Source of the DNA: Eledone cirrhosa
Lineage: Eukaryota
Length of the DNA: 64,000 nt
NCBI GenBank assembly: GCA_964016885.1
Contig: OZ024746.1
Location: 23,126,001-23,190,000 of the forward strand
Direction of reading: 5' to 3'
Part shown: positions 13,694 through 25,383 of the stretch, piece after piece
Layout of the letters: each line of letters starts with the position of its first letter
Numbering within the stretch: position 1 is the stretch's first letter
Notes under the pieces: model-generated
What the model saw: the letters and a program-made list of their open reading frames with translations, nothing else
Databases searched by the model: none
What the model was told of the DNA's origin: nothing
Translations under genes and position numbers: made by a program

Positions 13694-13973
13694 AACCCTT
13701 GTACTGGACTGGTACTTTTTTATCGACCTCGAGAGGATGAAAGGCAAATTTGACCTCAGGATTTGAGCTCAGAGAGAAGAGAGCCAGAATAAATACTGCA
13801 AAGCATTCTATCAGACATTCTAACGACTCTGCCAATTTACCTCACTTGTAAATAATGTGATGTATATTATAATGTCTATTGTATAAACCATACGAAAGTA
13901 GCTGCTATTAGATAAATGTTGTCAGACTAAAATGAAATAATTTTTTTTTAATTTTGTTTTTGTGTTTTTACAG

Positions 13974-14443
13974 GTGTGAAGTATTTGAATGACTGCCCTA
14001 AACAGCCTAAAATACCTGTGTACTTGCTGGTTGGTGGTTGTTTCGGCACACTAAAGATGGTGTATACAATTTGGCGCCAAATCCAACAACGTCGTTTTGA
14101 CAGTTTACCAGATCTAGTTGGTTTCGACCCCACAGAAGAAGCTATTTTCTCTACACCATCCTATCGCCTCATGGACACAATTCTCGTTATTTTCCTCATC
14201 TGTTGGATCATAACAGGAACCTACTGGGTTGTCCTTATTTGGAAACCAAATTTCGAACAGCTGCTGCATGATCCCAATAATTGGTGTAACAAATCCGTAT
14301 ATGGCCTGGCACTCTTTCAGATTATTGTATCTTACGCATGGATGGTTCTCACCTTATTGACTCTGATTGGTCTGTTTATATCGTACTACTGCCGAAGATC
14401 GAAACCTGGTGAACATAGAAGTCAAACTACAAACGTGAAGTGA
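13974..14443 (+). CDS. TMEM272: Terminal coding exon of a TMEM272-like multi-pass membrane protein
   Basis: Polypyrimidine tract plus cag acceptor at 13971-13973 (phase 1, Gly). Translation reads VKYLNDCPKQPKIPVYLLVGGCFG..FLICWIITGTYWV..PNF..WCNKSVY, with three hydrophobic segments and a stop at 14441-14443. No upstream exon was found in the window. Confidence 0.8.
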
Positions 14444-14661
14444 TGTCTCGTTAGATATACAATCCATGTTCAAATGAAAAAAAAAGAAATAGAGAAAAAG
14501 AGCGAAGTCAACAGGGGGATAATTTTGTGACAAATTATTAAATATTGTCTACAGACTTAAAGCTTTATGTAATGGATTCTAGAATCACCTTCAGTGTTCA
14601 TGTTTCAGCACGAAAATGACAAGGTATTATTACTATCATCATCATCATTATTATAATTATA

Positions 14662-15685
14662 AGGGCGGTGAATTGGCAGTATCGGTAGAGGGTTGGATGC
14701 CATGCTTTCTAGCATAGTTACGTCCCTTTACAGTCTGAGTTCAAATCCCGCCGAGGTTAACTTTGCCTTTCATCCTTACGGGGTCGATAAAATAAAGTAC
14801 CAGTAATGTACTGGGTAATTGCTGACCTTGTGCTTAAAGTAGAAACAATTATTATTATTTTTATTATCATTATTATTATCATTATCATAAGGGCGGTGGA
14901 TTGGCAGTATCGGTGGAGTCGGACACCATGCTTTGAAGCATAGAGTTACGGTCCTTTACGGTCTGAGTTCAAATCCCGCCGAGGTTAACTTTGCCTTTCA
15001 TCCTTGCGGGGTCGATAAGATAAAGTACCAGTAACGTACTGGGGGTCGATTTAATCGGCTTTCCCCTCCGCCCAAATTACTGGCCTTGTGCCTATACTAG
15101 AAATCATTATCATTATCTACGATCTGAGTTCAAATCCCGCCGAGGTTGACTTTGCCTTTCATCCTTACGGGGTCGATAAAATAAAGTACCAGTAATGCAC
15201 TGGGTAATTGCTGGCCTTGTGCCTAAAGTAGAAACAATTATCATTATCATCATCATTGTTGTTGCTATGTTATTTAGGAGCGGAGTTTGGCAGAATCATT
15301 AGTGCGACATTTAGTTAAGTCTCTGCGTTCTGAGTTCAAATCTTGCTGAAATCAACTTTGCCCTTCATCATAACTAGGTTAATGACAAACTATCCTTCAG
15401 GTTTTGGGGTCGCTGTAATAGACTACATCTCCTCGCAAAGTTTCTAGCCTTGTTCCCATGTAGAAAATTATATTTTTAGGGCGGTAGATTAGCAGAGTCG
15501 TTAGAGCGTCTGACAAAATTCTTAGCGGCATTTAGTTATAACTTTCTGAGTTCAAATACCGCCAAGGTTAGCTTTGCCTTTCGTCCTTAAGGGGTCGATA
15601 AAATAAAGTACGCACTCGGGGTCAATTTAATCGACTTTCCCCTCCCCTAAAATTGCTGGCCTTGTGCCTAAATCAGAAACCATTA
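14662..15685 (+). mobile_element. Cluster of five co-oriented SINE family 1 copies separated by (ATT/ATC)n
   Basis: Copies start near 14662, 14890, 15118 (truncated), 15277 (diverged) and 15478. Confidence 0.9.
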
Positions 15686-16301
15686 TTTTTATTCCTGTAC
15701 ACACTTTCAGTTACTATTTTTATATTTTACATCTTGCTTGGACCGAAAATATCTTCAAAGGACTGTTCAATGAGTCGGCGTACGAGGAAAAGTCAAATTG
15801 GGCTCATTTAAATACCATTAAATAGAGAATTTGCTTAACTTTCTGATATACCTTAGATTTTTCTGCTTTAAAGACGGCCTCTTTAAACCAGTTTCTACAC
15901 AAAGCTTTCAATTTACTTATATTTTATTTTATTTTTATTTTATATTTTATTTTATATTTAATTTTTTATATTTTACTTATATTTAATTTTTTTATTTGAA
16001 AAAATATTCTAATGTCGTTTGTTGTGCAACTTACAGCGGAAGTGGTTTAATCTCTAACTGACACGGAAGTAAATCTCAAGTTGATTTATAATTGATATTG
16101 AATCCAGTAACTTCAATATTCCAAGTATTTGATCATTTAATCAATTCAATAAGCTGTCTTTTGATCTATCGTAATTGATCAGATTCCATCTGATCGACTA
16201 CCTTCAATTAAAATATAGAGAACTGCCCTAAATCCATCTCTTCTTTAAGTGCAAGTTAATCAAGCCATATACAATTAATTGTTTCAGTAATAGTTTATGT
16301 A

Positions 16302-16496
16302 AGAGGGTAGGCTGATGTGTTCACAAGCTGACTATGAAGAAGTGATGCTAGAGCTGTGAAATCTTGCATACATTAATTCCAACCCTTCTTAATAACTACA
16401 TTGTTTCTTTCCAAGGTCTATGTTGAAAAATAAACCTCATTTGGTCATTCCATGAGAGTATCTTGGTCAACCTATGAACTTTTTAGCCGGCCACCG
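16302..16496 (+). mobile_element. Mariner-derived MITE (diverged copy)
   Basis: Homologous to 18568-18731, with degenerate TIRs and TA flanks. Confidence 0.75.
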
Positions 16497-17762
16497 TAGA
16501 AGGCTACCCTATATACTTCTGCAAGTTGGTCCAGGCTCGGTAACAAACCAATAAATATCAATGTTGTACAGGAGTTGATTCAATCAATTATACAGGCTGA
16601 GTTTAAATATCGATAAAATAAGTACCAGTAAGATACTGGAGCAATATGAACGAAGTATCTTCTCTTCTCTCCTCAAAATGATTAAATCTTTCATCCAGAG
16701 ATTAAGACAATCATCTACGTAAGCTACGGTGGGATCCAGCTTAGAATACAGACAGACGGAACAAATACTGTGAAGTCCAAGCAAGGTGTTTTTTTATGGA
16801 AGACAAGCAGTCGCCATGCATACCAGTCTCCTCTCCCCCGTCCTACCGATATTGTCCAAGGGAAAGACAATGGTTGATACAGCTTGACACCAGTGACGTC
16901 ACAACTCATGTCTATAGCTGAGTGAACTGGAGTAACATGAAATAAAGTGTCTTGCTCAAGAACACAACGCTTCACTCGAGTCAAGAATTGAACTCAACCT
17001 CACACTAAGCCATGCACCTTCACGATTACTAACTAATGTTGATTAACCCACTTGGTAACAACCCACATGAAACTGGCCCTGGTTTTATATTACACAATTA
17101 CCTACTTTTAAATGTCCATACCTAAATTAAAACCTTCCACCATAATTGAGGAATTTTTAAAGTGTCGTTATAAATAGGAATCGACATTACAATCGTAAGT
17201 CCAACACACTTCTGTGCTGGGTTGTGTGTTGTGTTCTTGAGCAAAACACTTCATGTCACGTTATTCCAGTATACTCAGCTGAAAATGAGTACCAGAAGGT
17301 TTTAACCCTGCGATGGACTGGTGTCCTGTCCAGGAGGGACTTTTGTACTCTCAGTCACTTATCGCCACGGAAACCAGAATAACCACCAGTCTGATGAGCC
17401 TCCAGATTCGAGACAGACTTTAGACTTTTAGTTTACTAATGGAAAAGTTATTTCATTAAATTCTTCCAAATTGTTGTTTACTTTCGAAACTAATTGGAAA
17501 TATAGTCAGTGGAAGGTAATAATATCGGGTTGATTCTTAATTTCCAAATGGTTTATATCTAACACATTCTTTTTATCTTATATTTTCAGGTGACTTCTCA
17601 GTGTGGGTTCCTCCTCCAATTTCCCTTTGTTTCTGACAATTGCTACCTTCCAACCCTCTGTATTATACCAATGCTGTTCTCAATAGCAGCACCGTACACG
17701 TCAACCTCACTGGAACCAATGTTCACTTATTATATTTCAATATAAACCCTCTCTATCTAACC

Positions 17763-18034
17763 CAGTGATTCTCAACCTTTTCTCTGTCATTTAAACCCAT
17801 GGCTTCATATATTTCACCATCTACCATCCTCCTTACTCCCAGGCAAACAAACAAAAAATACATAGCCGGCATAAGCCACAGAAAATTATACAGAAGATGG
17901 TACAATTTTATTATTAAAGTTTTGCATTACAGAATTAATACTTATTTTTCGAGTATGGTAAATGATATATTTTCCCCCTGCGGTATAAATCTTTATCTGC
18001 GAGGAGTCACTTTACCTCTGGTTGAGAATCACTG
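17763..18034. mobile_element. hAT (Charlie-type) MITE
   Basis: TIRs cagtgattctcaacc/ggttgagaatcactg and an 8-bp TSD atctaacc/ctctaacc. Confidence 0.85.
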
Positions 18035-18567
18035 CTCTAACCCTTCCAAAATAACATCTACATTTCATACCTCGAAAAGTGTCATATTTTTTCCTATTTG
18101 AAACCCCAAAAAAAAATCCCATCTAACATTCCTCTATATTTCGAGAATAGATCGCCGATATATATTTTTGATTAATTGTATATCCAGTTCTATATAATTG
18201 TCTCACATATTTGATGTATTCAAGCAAATATAATATTGCCTTTTATACAGTTCCTTGTTCTGTTTTGGTTTTGTTGCCATTTATTGAAATGTCTTCTTGG
18301 AATTAATAACATTACGGAAGAGTCATTTCAGCCATTCAAAAAGACACATAAAATCTGTTATATTCACATTAAAATTGTTTTATGAAAGCCGCCAGAACAA
18401 TGGAAAATGGTGGTGAGTTGAGCTCACTAAAATATGAAATACAAGGTAAAAATGTAAACAATTTTTTCGTTGTCTTACTTTAATCCCACTTTCGCTCCCT
18501 TGTTTCTAATTTACATTGTACCGCCTTTTCTAAAACAATTTTAACTATATATCACACATATAAACTA

Positions 18568-18731
18568 CGAGGGTCGGCTGAAAAGTTCATAGACCTACTA
18601 TGAATGATTGTTGCTAGAGCTCTGAAATCATTACTCTTAGTAATAACTGCATTGTTTTTCTCCAGGGACTATGTTGAAAAATAAACCTCATTCGGTCATT
18701 TCATGAGAGTATCTTGGTCAGCCGACCCTCG
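18568..18731 (+). mobile_element. Mariner-derived MITE
   Basis: TIRs cgagggtcggctga/tcagccgaccctcg and a TA TSD. It retains gactatgttgaaaaataa (DYVEK*). Confidence 0.88.
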
Positions 18732-19213
18732 TATACTGCATTGTGACATTCGCTTTTCGTGGCGTCACATTTCGTGGCGTCAAAATTTTCGTCGCACTCT
18801 TAGCGAGCTGCTTACTAACACGTGAGTTAAAATGGAACTGTATCAGTGACCGTGTAGCATAGAATACAATGAAAATTTCAATACTACCAAATAATGTAAA
18901 ATTATTCAAATAAATGTATTTTGAATGGTGAAAATGACTCTTTGGTGATGTAATTGTTTCAATTACAACAGTCACAGATCTTCATGGAATGTTTTATGGA
19001 AAATATTTTAGTAGAAGAACCAGAAAAACCTGTGTATATAATAAGACATATTAAACAAGATAACCAGCTAATTAACTTATCAAGCAGACATAATTATTGT
19101 TCAGTATTGGCTATTGTTACACAGTCCATATATAATTATTTTTGTCATGTGTAGAGTGGGTTATAATAGGCATGGCGCATGTTCGTCTTTCTGAAATTGC
19201 TCTCTAGCTTATT

Positions 19214-19244
<31 letters not shown>

Positions 19245-19862
19245 AATATTGTGTACAGTGCTCAGGTGCACTACAACTCATCAAAAAGTGTATGTATAGT
19301 ACATAGGGTAATGTACAAACGTCAGGAAAATGAACAGTGAATTTATATCAAGTTGTCAAACGAAGGCACTGATGTATAGTTTAAGAAGTTCATTTCAATC
19401 GCGCAGTTATGAGTTCGATCTCATTCTATGACACCTTGAACAAACGTCTTGGGTTGAACAAAGCCAGGGGGGGGTGGAATTCAGTTGACGGAAACAACAC
19501 GGAAGCCTATTGAGAGAGAGAGAGAGAGTGGAGGGGTTCGTTCCAGGCTGGAAACCACCGCTATATAATAACAACTTTGGCCCCCACTGTCTGGACAAGT
19601 GTCTTTGCCATAGCTTTCGGGTGACCTAACCCTTGTGGATAAACTTGGATAGATGAAAACTTTGTGGAAGTCCGACGGATAGACAGTAACCATAATTCAA
19701 AGGTTTAGCTATGCCAAACACTGCAAGGAGCTGAAAATTACGTTACGGTTGATTTAAAAGGTCAGCCTTGTCACTGTCTCATGCTAAATCTCTTTGGGAA
19801 TTCCATTAAGGATTCATGTGTCTGTGAAATGCCAACATACTGCAACACTATATAAACAAAAA

Positions 19863-20296
19863 CGGAGGCGTAAATCGGGTATGGCAAGCATGGCACGTGC
19901 TATGAGCGTCACTTGGACTAGGAGAATTTTCTATTAAAGTCAAATAAGCTATCGTTAGAGAGTGAAAAACGAAACTTCTTCAGAAGTTTGATCTGTCTTT
20001 GATTATCATGGGTGAAGAACACTATGGTGGCTGGATCATTAAATCATTAATATAAATTATTAGGCCCATAGGTAAAAATACAGTACTGGGAATTACAAAC
20101 TTCATAGTATGATTTGCCAAATATTTTGATAGGGTCTAATATTTGTCAAAGATCATTATTACACAGACCACCCTCTTTAAATACTCTAACAATTTTGCAA
20201 ATACTTCACGAATACTTAGGCGTTTGTTCAGATGTTTGGGGTGGGGCGCAATTTCACTACTTGCCATAGGCGCTATTTTTCCTAGTTACGCCTCTG
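19863..20296. mobile_element. hAT-like MITE
   Basis: TIRs cggaggcgtaa/ttacgcctctg and an 8-bp TSD aacaaaaa/aacaaaca. Confidence 0.7.
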
Positions 20297-20772
20297 AACA
20301 AACATAAACGTATTAGTTTGTGTTTCCCTATACACCAGTAGTACATCGTAAGCATAACATCATAACTCCATAACGTAGTTACTTCATCAAGTGGGTGAAT
20401 GAACCAGAACAGAGATGATGAGATAAAAATAAAATATAAATAGTAAATGTTTCCTTCATAATTAATGCCATCATTACTATTACAACTACAACAGTAACAA
20501 TAACAACAACAGCGGGATTCTGACATTTTAAACATTTGCGTGGCTTCGTTGTCTATTTTTAACTCCAGCTATAGTTTAACTTTGTTTATTCTGTTGATCA
20601 CGAAATATGCTCGTCTGTCAAGGGTATATATATGTGTGTGTGTGTTTGTTTGCATGTGTGTATATGTATGTAGATATGTGTGTCTATGTGTGCCTGTATA
20701 TATGTATGTATGTGCGTCTATAAATAGGTTATAATAATCAAAATGATAATATTGTAGATATATCATTCTATG

Positions 20773-20808
<36 letters not shown>

Positions 20809-21646
20809 TGTCTTTCTTTCAGACGAGTTCCGCCTCGCTTCCTATTTGGCATTTGTTCTTGAAAATGTTAAATGTCACCATTCTTCTTCCCATTCAATGC
20901 TCTCACATCTAAAAATTGCCAGACGAGCAGATAGTCTATATGGTTGCCCCACGTGCTAGAAATAGCAACCATAACTTATAGTGCCGAAGAGAGAAGACTG
21001 CGCTGATATGGACATGTGATGCAAATGGATAACAAACCTTAGGTGAGAAGGGTAAGGGTAAGGGAGTGGCTGAGGGTAGAGGAAGATGAGGCATGCTTTT
21101 TACGGTGTTCAAATCCCACCAAGGTCAACTTCATTTAATCAAATGCAGAAAGATAATCGAGAGAGTACCAGTGAAGAGCTGGGATTAATTTCACCGATTT
21201 ATCTCCCCTGATCAAAATGCTGGCCTTGTGCCTAAATTAGAAATTCTCATATCATACCACCGGAGAGGAGATGGGCTCCGCCAGGTTTTAACAAAGCCAT
21301 TGGAACGCCGTATGTCAACACGACACCCCTACGACTCCCTCAAGAGTTACGGGACCATACATACATATTATACTATATTTTGTATTAAGGGCGGTGGAAT
21401 AAGTACTGCGAAGCAACATTTGTTCCGTCTCTTTACGTTTTGAGTTCAAATCCCGCCGAGGTCAATAAAATAAAGTACCAGTCATATATTGGTGATACAA
21501 AATTAAATTTCGGAGATGATGGCAATAAGAGGTGGTTAAATCTTTTTTTTTTTTTTTTTTTATTCTAAGTGGATAATCTCATCACTTCTTCTATACTTTA
21601 ATCTTTATTAAAATTACAAATTACTTCATTATTATGTTGGTAATTA

Positions 21647-21850
21647 GGCAGTGGATTGGCAGAATCGGTAGAAAGTCGGGCAACATGCTTTGCGACATAT
21701 AGTTACCACCCTGCAAATACCACCGAGATTAGCTTTGTCTTTCATCCTCACTAGGTCGATAAAAGTAAAGGTACCAGTAACGTACTGGGGTCGGTATAAC
21801 TGAGTTTCCCTTCAAATAGCTGGCCTTGTGCCAAGTGTAGAAACAATTAT
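21647..21850 (+). mobile_element. SINE family 1 (diverged long form)
   Basis: Similarity to the other copies. Confidence 0.8.
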
Positions 21851-22184
21851 GTTGGTAGTTGTAACATAAGTTTACTGGCGTGTGATCTAGTAGTTATACA
21901 GTGGTAGTTAGGGTAGTTAACGCCTAGCAACGAACTGGTAGCCGATCCAGCGAGGGTCTTTTTATTTAGGACTGGCACCCCCATCATTAAGACATCTGAG
22001 AAACCCATTGTGAGATACAACCGTGTATGAAACCAGTGAGATACAACTTACATGGGACTGAGCTGCAAAACGATAAGACTGGGGCTCCTATCATTAAAAC
22101 ATCCGTAGAAGGTCAGCCAAATCTAAATAGATGCAGGCTGTAATTTAAAGTTTCTTATATAATATTATTTTATAAAATTATAAT

Positions 22185-22373
22185 AATTGTTTCTACATTT
22201 GGCACAAGGCCAGCAATTACCCAGTACATTACTGGTACTTTATTTTATCGACCCCGTAAGGATGAAAGGCAAAGTTAACCTCGGCGGGATTTGAACTCAG
22301 ACTGTAAAGGGACGTAACTATGCTGGAAAGCATGGTGTCCAACCCTCTACCGATACTGCCAATTCACCGCCCT
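22185..22373 (-). mobile_element. SINE family 1 (full length)
   Basis: Nearly the exact reverse complement of 14662-14850. Confidence 0.92.
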
Positions 22374-22578
22374 TATAATTATAATTTAAATAATAGCACT
22401 TGAAATTGGATGATTTTGTTTCAGAGAACCAGAGACGATTTTAAGCGGCGCGGGGGGGGGGGTATCAAAAGGGTTAAACCTCTTGTACAAAGATGAACAT
22501 TTATTGAGTAATATAATAATTAGTTAAATGATTTATAAGTGTTAATGAGATAGATATTCTGTGAATATACATGAATTA

Positions 22579-22683
22579 AATAAGTCCAGAAATTAATATT
22601 ATTTATATAAATTCGAAATTGTATTACTAATTCCAATAAGTCCAGAAATTAATATTATTTATATAAATTCGAAATTGTATTAC
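22579..22683. repeat. ~56-bp tandem duplication
   Basis: aataagtccagaaattaatattatttatataaattcgaaattgtattac occurs twice. Confidence 0.9.
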
Positions 22684-22849
22684 GAATTTCAAATGACAGT
22701 TATATAGGAACTGTATTTCGAAATTCAATTTCCATTTTTCACATTTTAAAACAGAATCTTGCTCTTTCATGGTACACCTTTTAGGCAACCATTGTATTAA
22801 AATGTCGCGACATCATCTAAACATTGATGGCGACATACTAAAGTGTTGT

Positions 22850-23010
22850 AAGGCAGCGAATTGGCAGAGTCGTTAGAATGTCTGATAGAGTGCTTTGCGG
22901 TATTCGTTCCGGCACTCTGCTCTCTGAGTTCAAATCCCACCGAGATAACTTTGCCTTTTATCCTTTCGAGGTCGATAAAAAAAAGTACCAGTCGAGTACT
23001 GGGGTCAATT
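22850..23010 (+). mobile_element. SINE family 1 variant
   Basis: Similarity to the family. A close relative lies at 13690-13845(-). Confidence 0.8.
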
Positions 23011-23768
23011 CTTCCTCTATATCTCTTTCTCACTTTCTCTCTCTCGCTTTCTATCCTTCTCTCATGCCCTAGAAACGTCGTATATCAATACGGCGCCCCA
23101 ATGACTCCATCAGGAGTTACAGGACCATACTATACCATTAGGGTGTTGTAACTAAAGGCTGACGATGATACACTAACGTGGGACATAGTCTAAAGTGTTG
23201 CGGCATATTTAATGATTTGGAAACCTTTCACTTAAAATATTAAGAAACTCTGCCATGACAGCAAACAAGGGAAACAACTTTTTGTATTATAGTTCAATTT
23301 ACATAAGGGAAGTAACTCATAGTTCAGGATCAATGTAATATAGGAGAAAATGACAAGAATGAGTACGTGGTGGTAATAATATGTTTCTTTCTTTTCTGTT
23401 GTATCCACAGAGTAATGGACATAGCATAGTATCAGGTCGACTGAAGCATTTGAGTTGGTTAGATGTAAACTGAATTACGAGTACAGCTCATCTGGTGGGC
23501 TTCCATACAACGGGCCAGATCATCAAATAGATCACTGACATCGATGATATAAGCTGATTCCAGTAATACACTGGGTAATTGCTGGCCTTGTGCCTAAAGT
23601 AGAAACAATTATTTTTTAACTGTATGGATGGAGGGACAGAATCCATGGACTTCACTGACCACTAAGAATGATACCATTAATGTTCCATTAAAAGCTGCTG
23701 CAAGTCGATTACTGAAGAGAAACAAAGGGAGGACAGGAGATTCTGCAGGGCAAGGTTCTGAATATAAT

Positions 23769-23959
23769 TGTTTCTACTTTTGGCACAAGGCCAGTAATTA
23801 CCCAGTACATTACTGGTACTTTATTTTATCGATCCCGTAAGGATGAAAGGCAAAGTTAACCTCGGCGGGATTTGAACTCAGATCGTAAAGGGACGTAACT
23901 CTTTGCGTCAAAGCATGGCGTCCGACCCTCTGCTGATACTGCCAATTGACCGCCCTTCT
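23769..23959 (-). mobile_element. SINE family 1 with 15-bp TSD
   Basis: ggttctgaatataat at 23754-23768 and 23960-23974. Confidence 0.92.
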
Positions 23960-23974
23960 GGTTCTGAATATAAT

Positions 23975-24230
23975 GGCTAGTGTAGGGACCCAGATTCGGT
24001 GACGAGGGTAGTACCGAGATAAGAGAATTAAGAGAGCCTGAGTGGAAATATCGCGAGAGCAGCTAATTCTGAGGAGCAGAAGCCACTGTAGTAGCAGCAG
24101 AAATGGTAGAGCGAGGGAGGACAGTGTGTCTGTAAGTGGAAAATGTCTGAGTTAGGGGTCATGAGGTTAACCAGTTATGTGGCTTGGTAGTAGTGGACAA
24201 GAGAGAAAGATGAGACAGTGTAACGGTAGA
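23975..24230 (-). mobile_element. Decayed CR1/Jockey-group LINE 3' fragment
   Basis: Minus-strand FCCYYSGFCSSELA resembles the FYRYY.G.CSSELA C-terminal motif. Confidence 0.45.
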
Positions 24231-25203
24231 CGGGGGGGGGGGGTATTCAAGAGCAACACAGTACGTCTGTGAGGCAGATGTTAGAGTAGTGTTTTGCAAA
24301 CGTCCTTTCTAAAGCACACTTAAGATCAAGTACAAATGTATTTGGCACACTTTGTGCCTAAATTCGAAATTTTATTCAAAATAGGCATTTATACATATTA
24401 GCATAACATAAAGTCAAAATATATAGATAATTGAAAATACAGAGAAACTGTACTTCCTTCTTTATTGAATAAATGAAGCAAAGTTGTGAAAAACGTGTTT
24501 GATGATGATGTTGTTGTTGTTGTTTTTCGGAGGGGGCGGTCAGTGTTTTCATTTTGACTTTAGTTGTTTCTCACTTTGGCGCCTATATTTATTAAGAATT
24601 TCAATTTGTATTTTTACACTCTTTGAAATAGTGTATTAGCATATTAGCAGCCTCTCGTGGTGCCTGACTTGGGAATCACTGGGTTAGTGTGTATTTATTA
24701 AGTTAGTGTTACCGTATATGTAATAACTAGAAAAAAAATTATACGGAGTTGAAAAAATATATAATCTTAGTATTGGTAGAGGGTCGGACGCCATGCTTCG
24801 CAGCAAAGAGTTACGTCCCTTTATGGTCTGAGTTCAAATCTCGCTGAGGTTAACTTTGCCTTTCATCCTTATTGGGTCGATAAAATAAAGCACGAGTAAT
24901 ACACTGAGATAATTGCTGGCCTTGTGCCAAATGTAGAAATACTTATTTGGCAGGATGGGAGATAACTCTCGAATCACGTGCAGAAGACAACTCATGTGCC
25001 CTTGTTTAAGTAGTGATGGCAAAATTATTAAGCAAATATACATTGCAGTCTTTCGTTACGGCCCTTTACGTTCAGGCTTCAAATCCCGCCGGTGTCAACT
25101 TTGCCTTTCGTCCTTCCCGAGTTGATAAAATTAAGTACCAGTAAAGTATAATGGACTTTCTCCTTCCACAAAGAAAAAGTGCTGAACTTATGCCTAAAGT
25201 GTA

Positions 25204-25383
25204 CGAGGGTCGGCTGAAAAGTTCATAGGCTGACCATACTCTCATGGAATGACCAGATGAGGTTAATTTTTCAACTAAGTCCCTGGAAAGAAATAATGCA
25301 GTTATTACTAATAAGATTTGAATTTTCACAGCTCTAGCATCATTCTTTCATAGTCACCCTATGAACTTTTCAGCCCACCTTCG
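25204..25383 (-). mobile_element. Mariner-derived MITE
   Basis: TIRs cgagggtcggctgaaaagttcatagg/cctatgaacttttcagcccaccttcg and a TA TSD. Confidence 0.88.

Noticed and set aside
17365-17420. ggaaac..ctgatgag as a permuted hammerhead (also ~39658-39705)
   Set aside because: It is part of the SINE family 2 body, and the helices needed for the fold could not be built.
17572-17700. Possible extra exon after the acceptor-like ttttcag at 17590
   Set aside because: No convincing reading frame or donor site was found.
23155-23200. CTGACGA hammerhead-like start (also 1960, 12225 minus, 26871)
   Set aside because: No properly placed helix II and GAAA.
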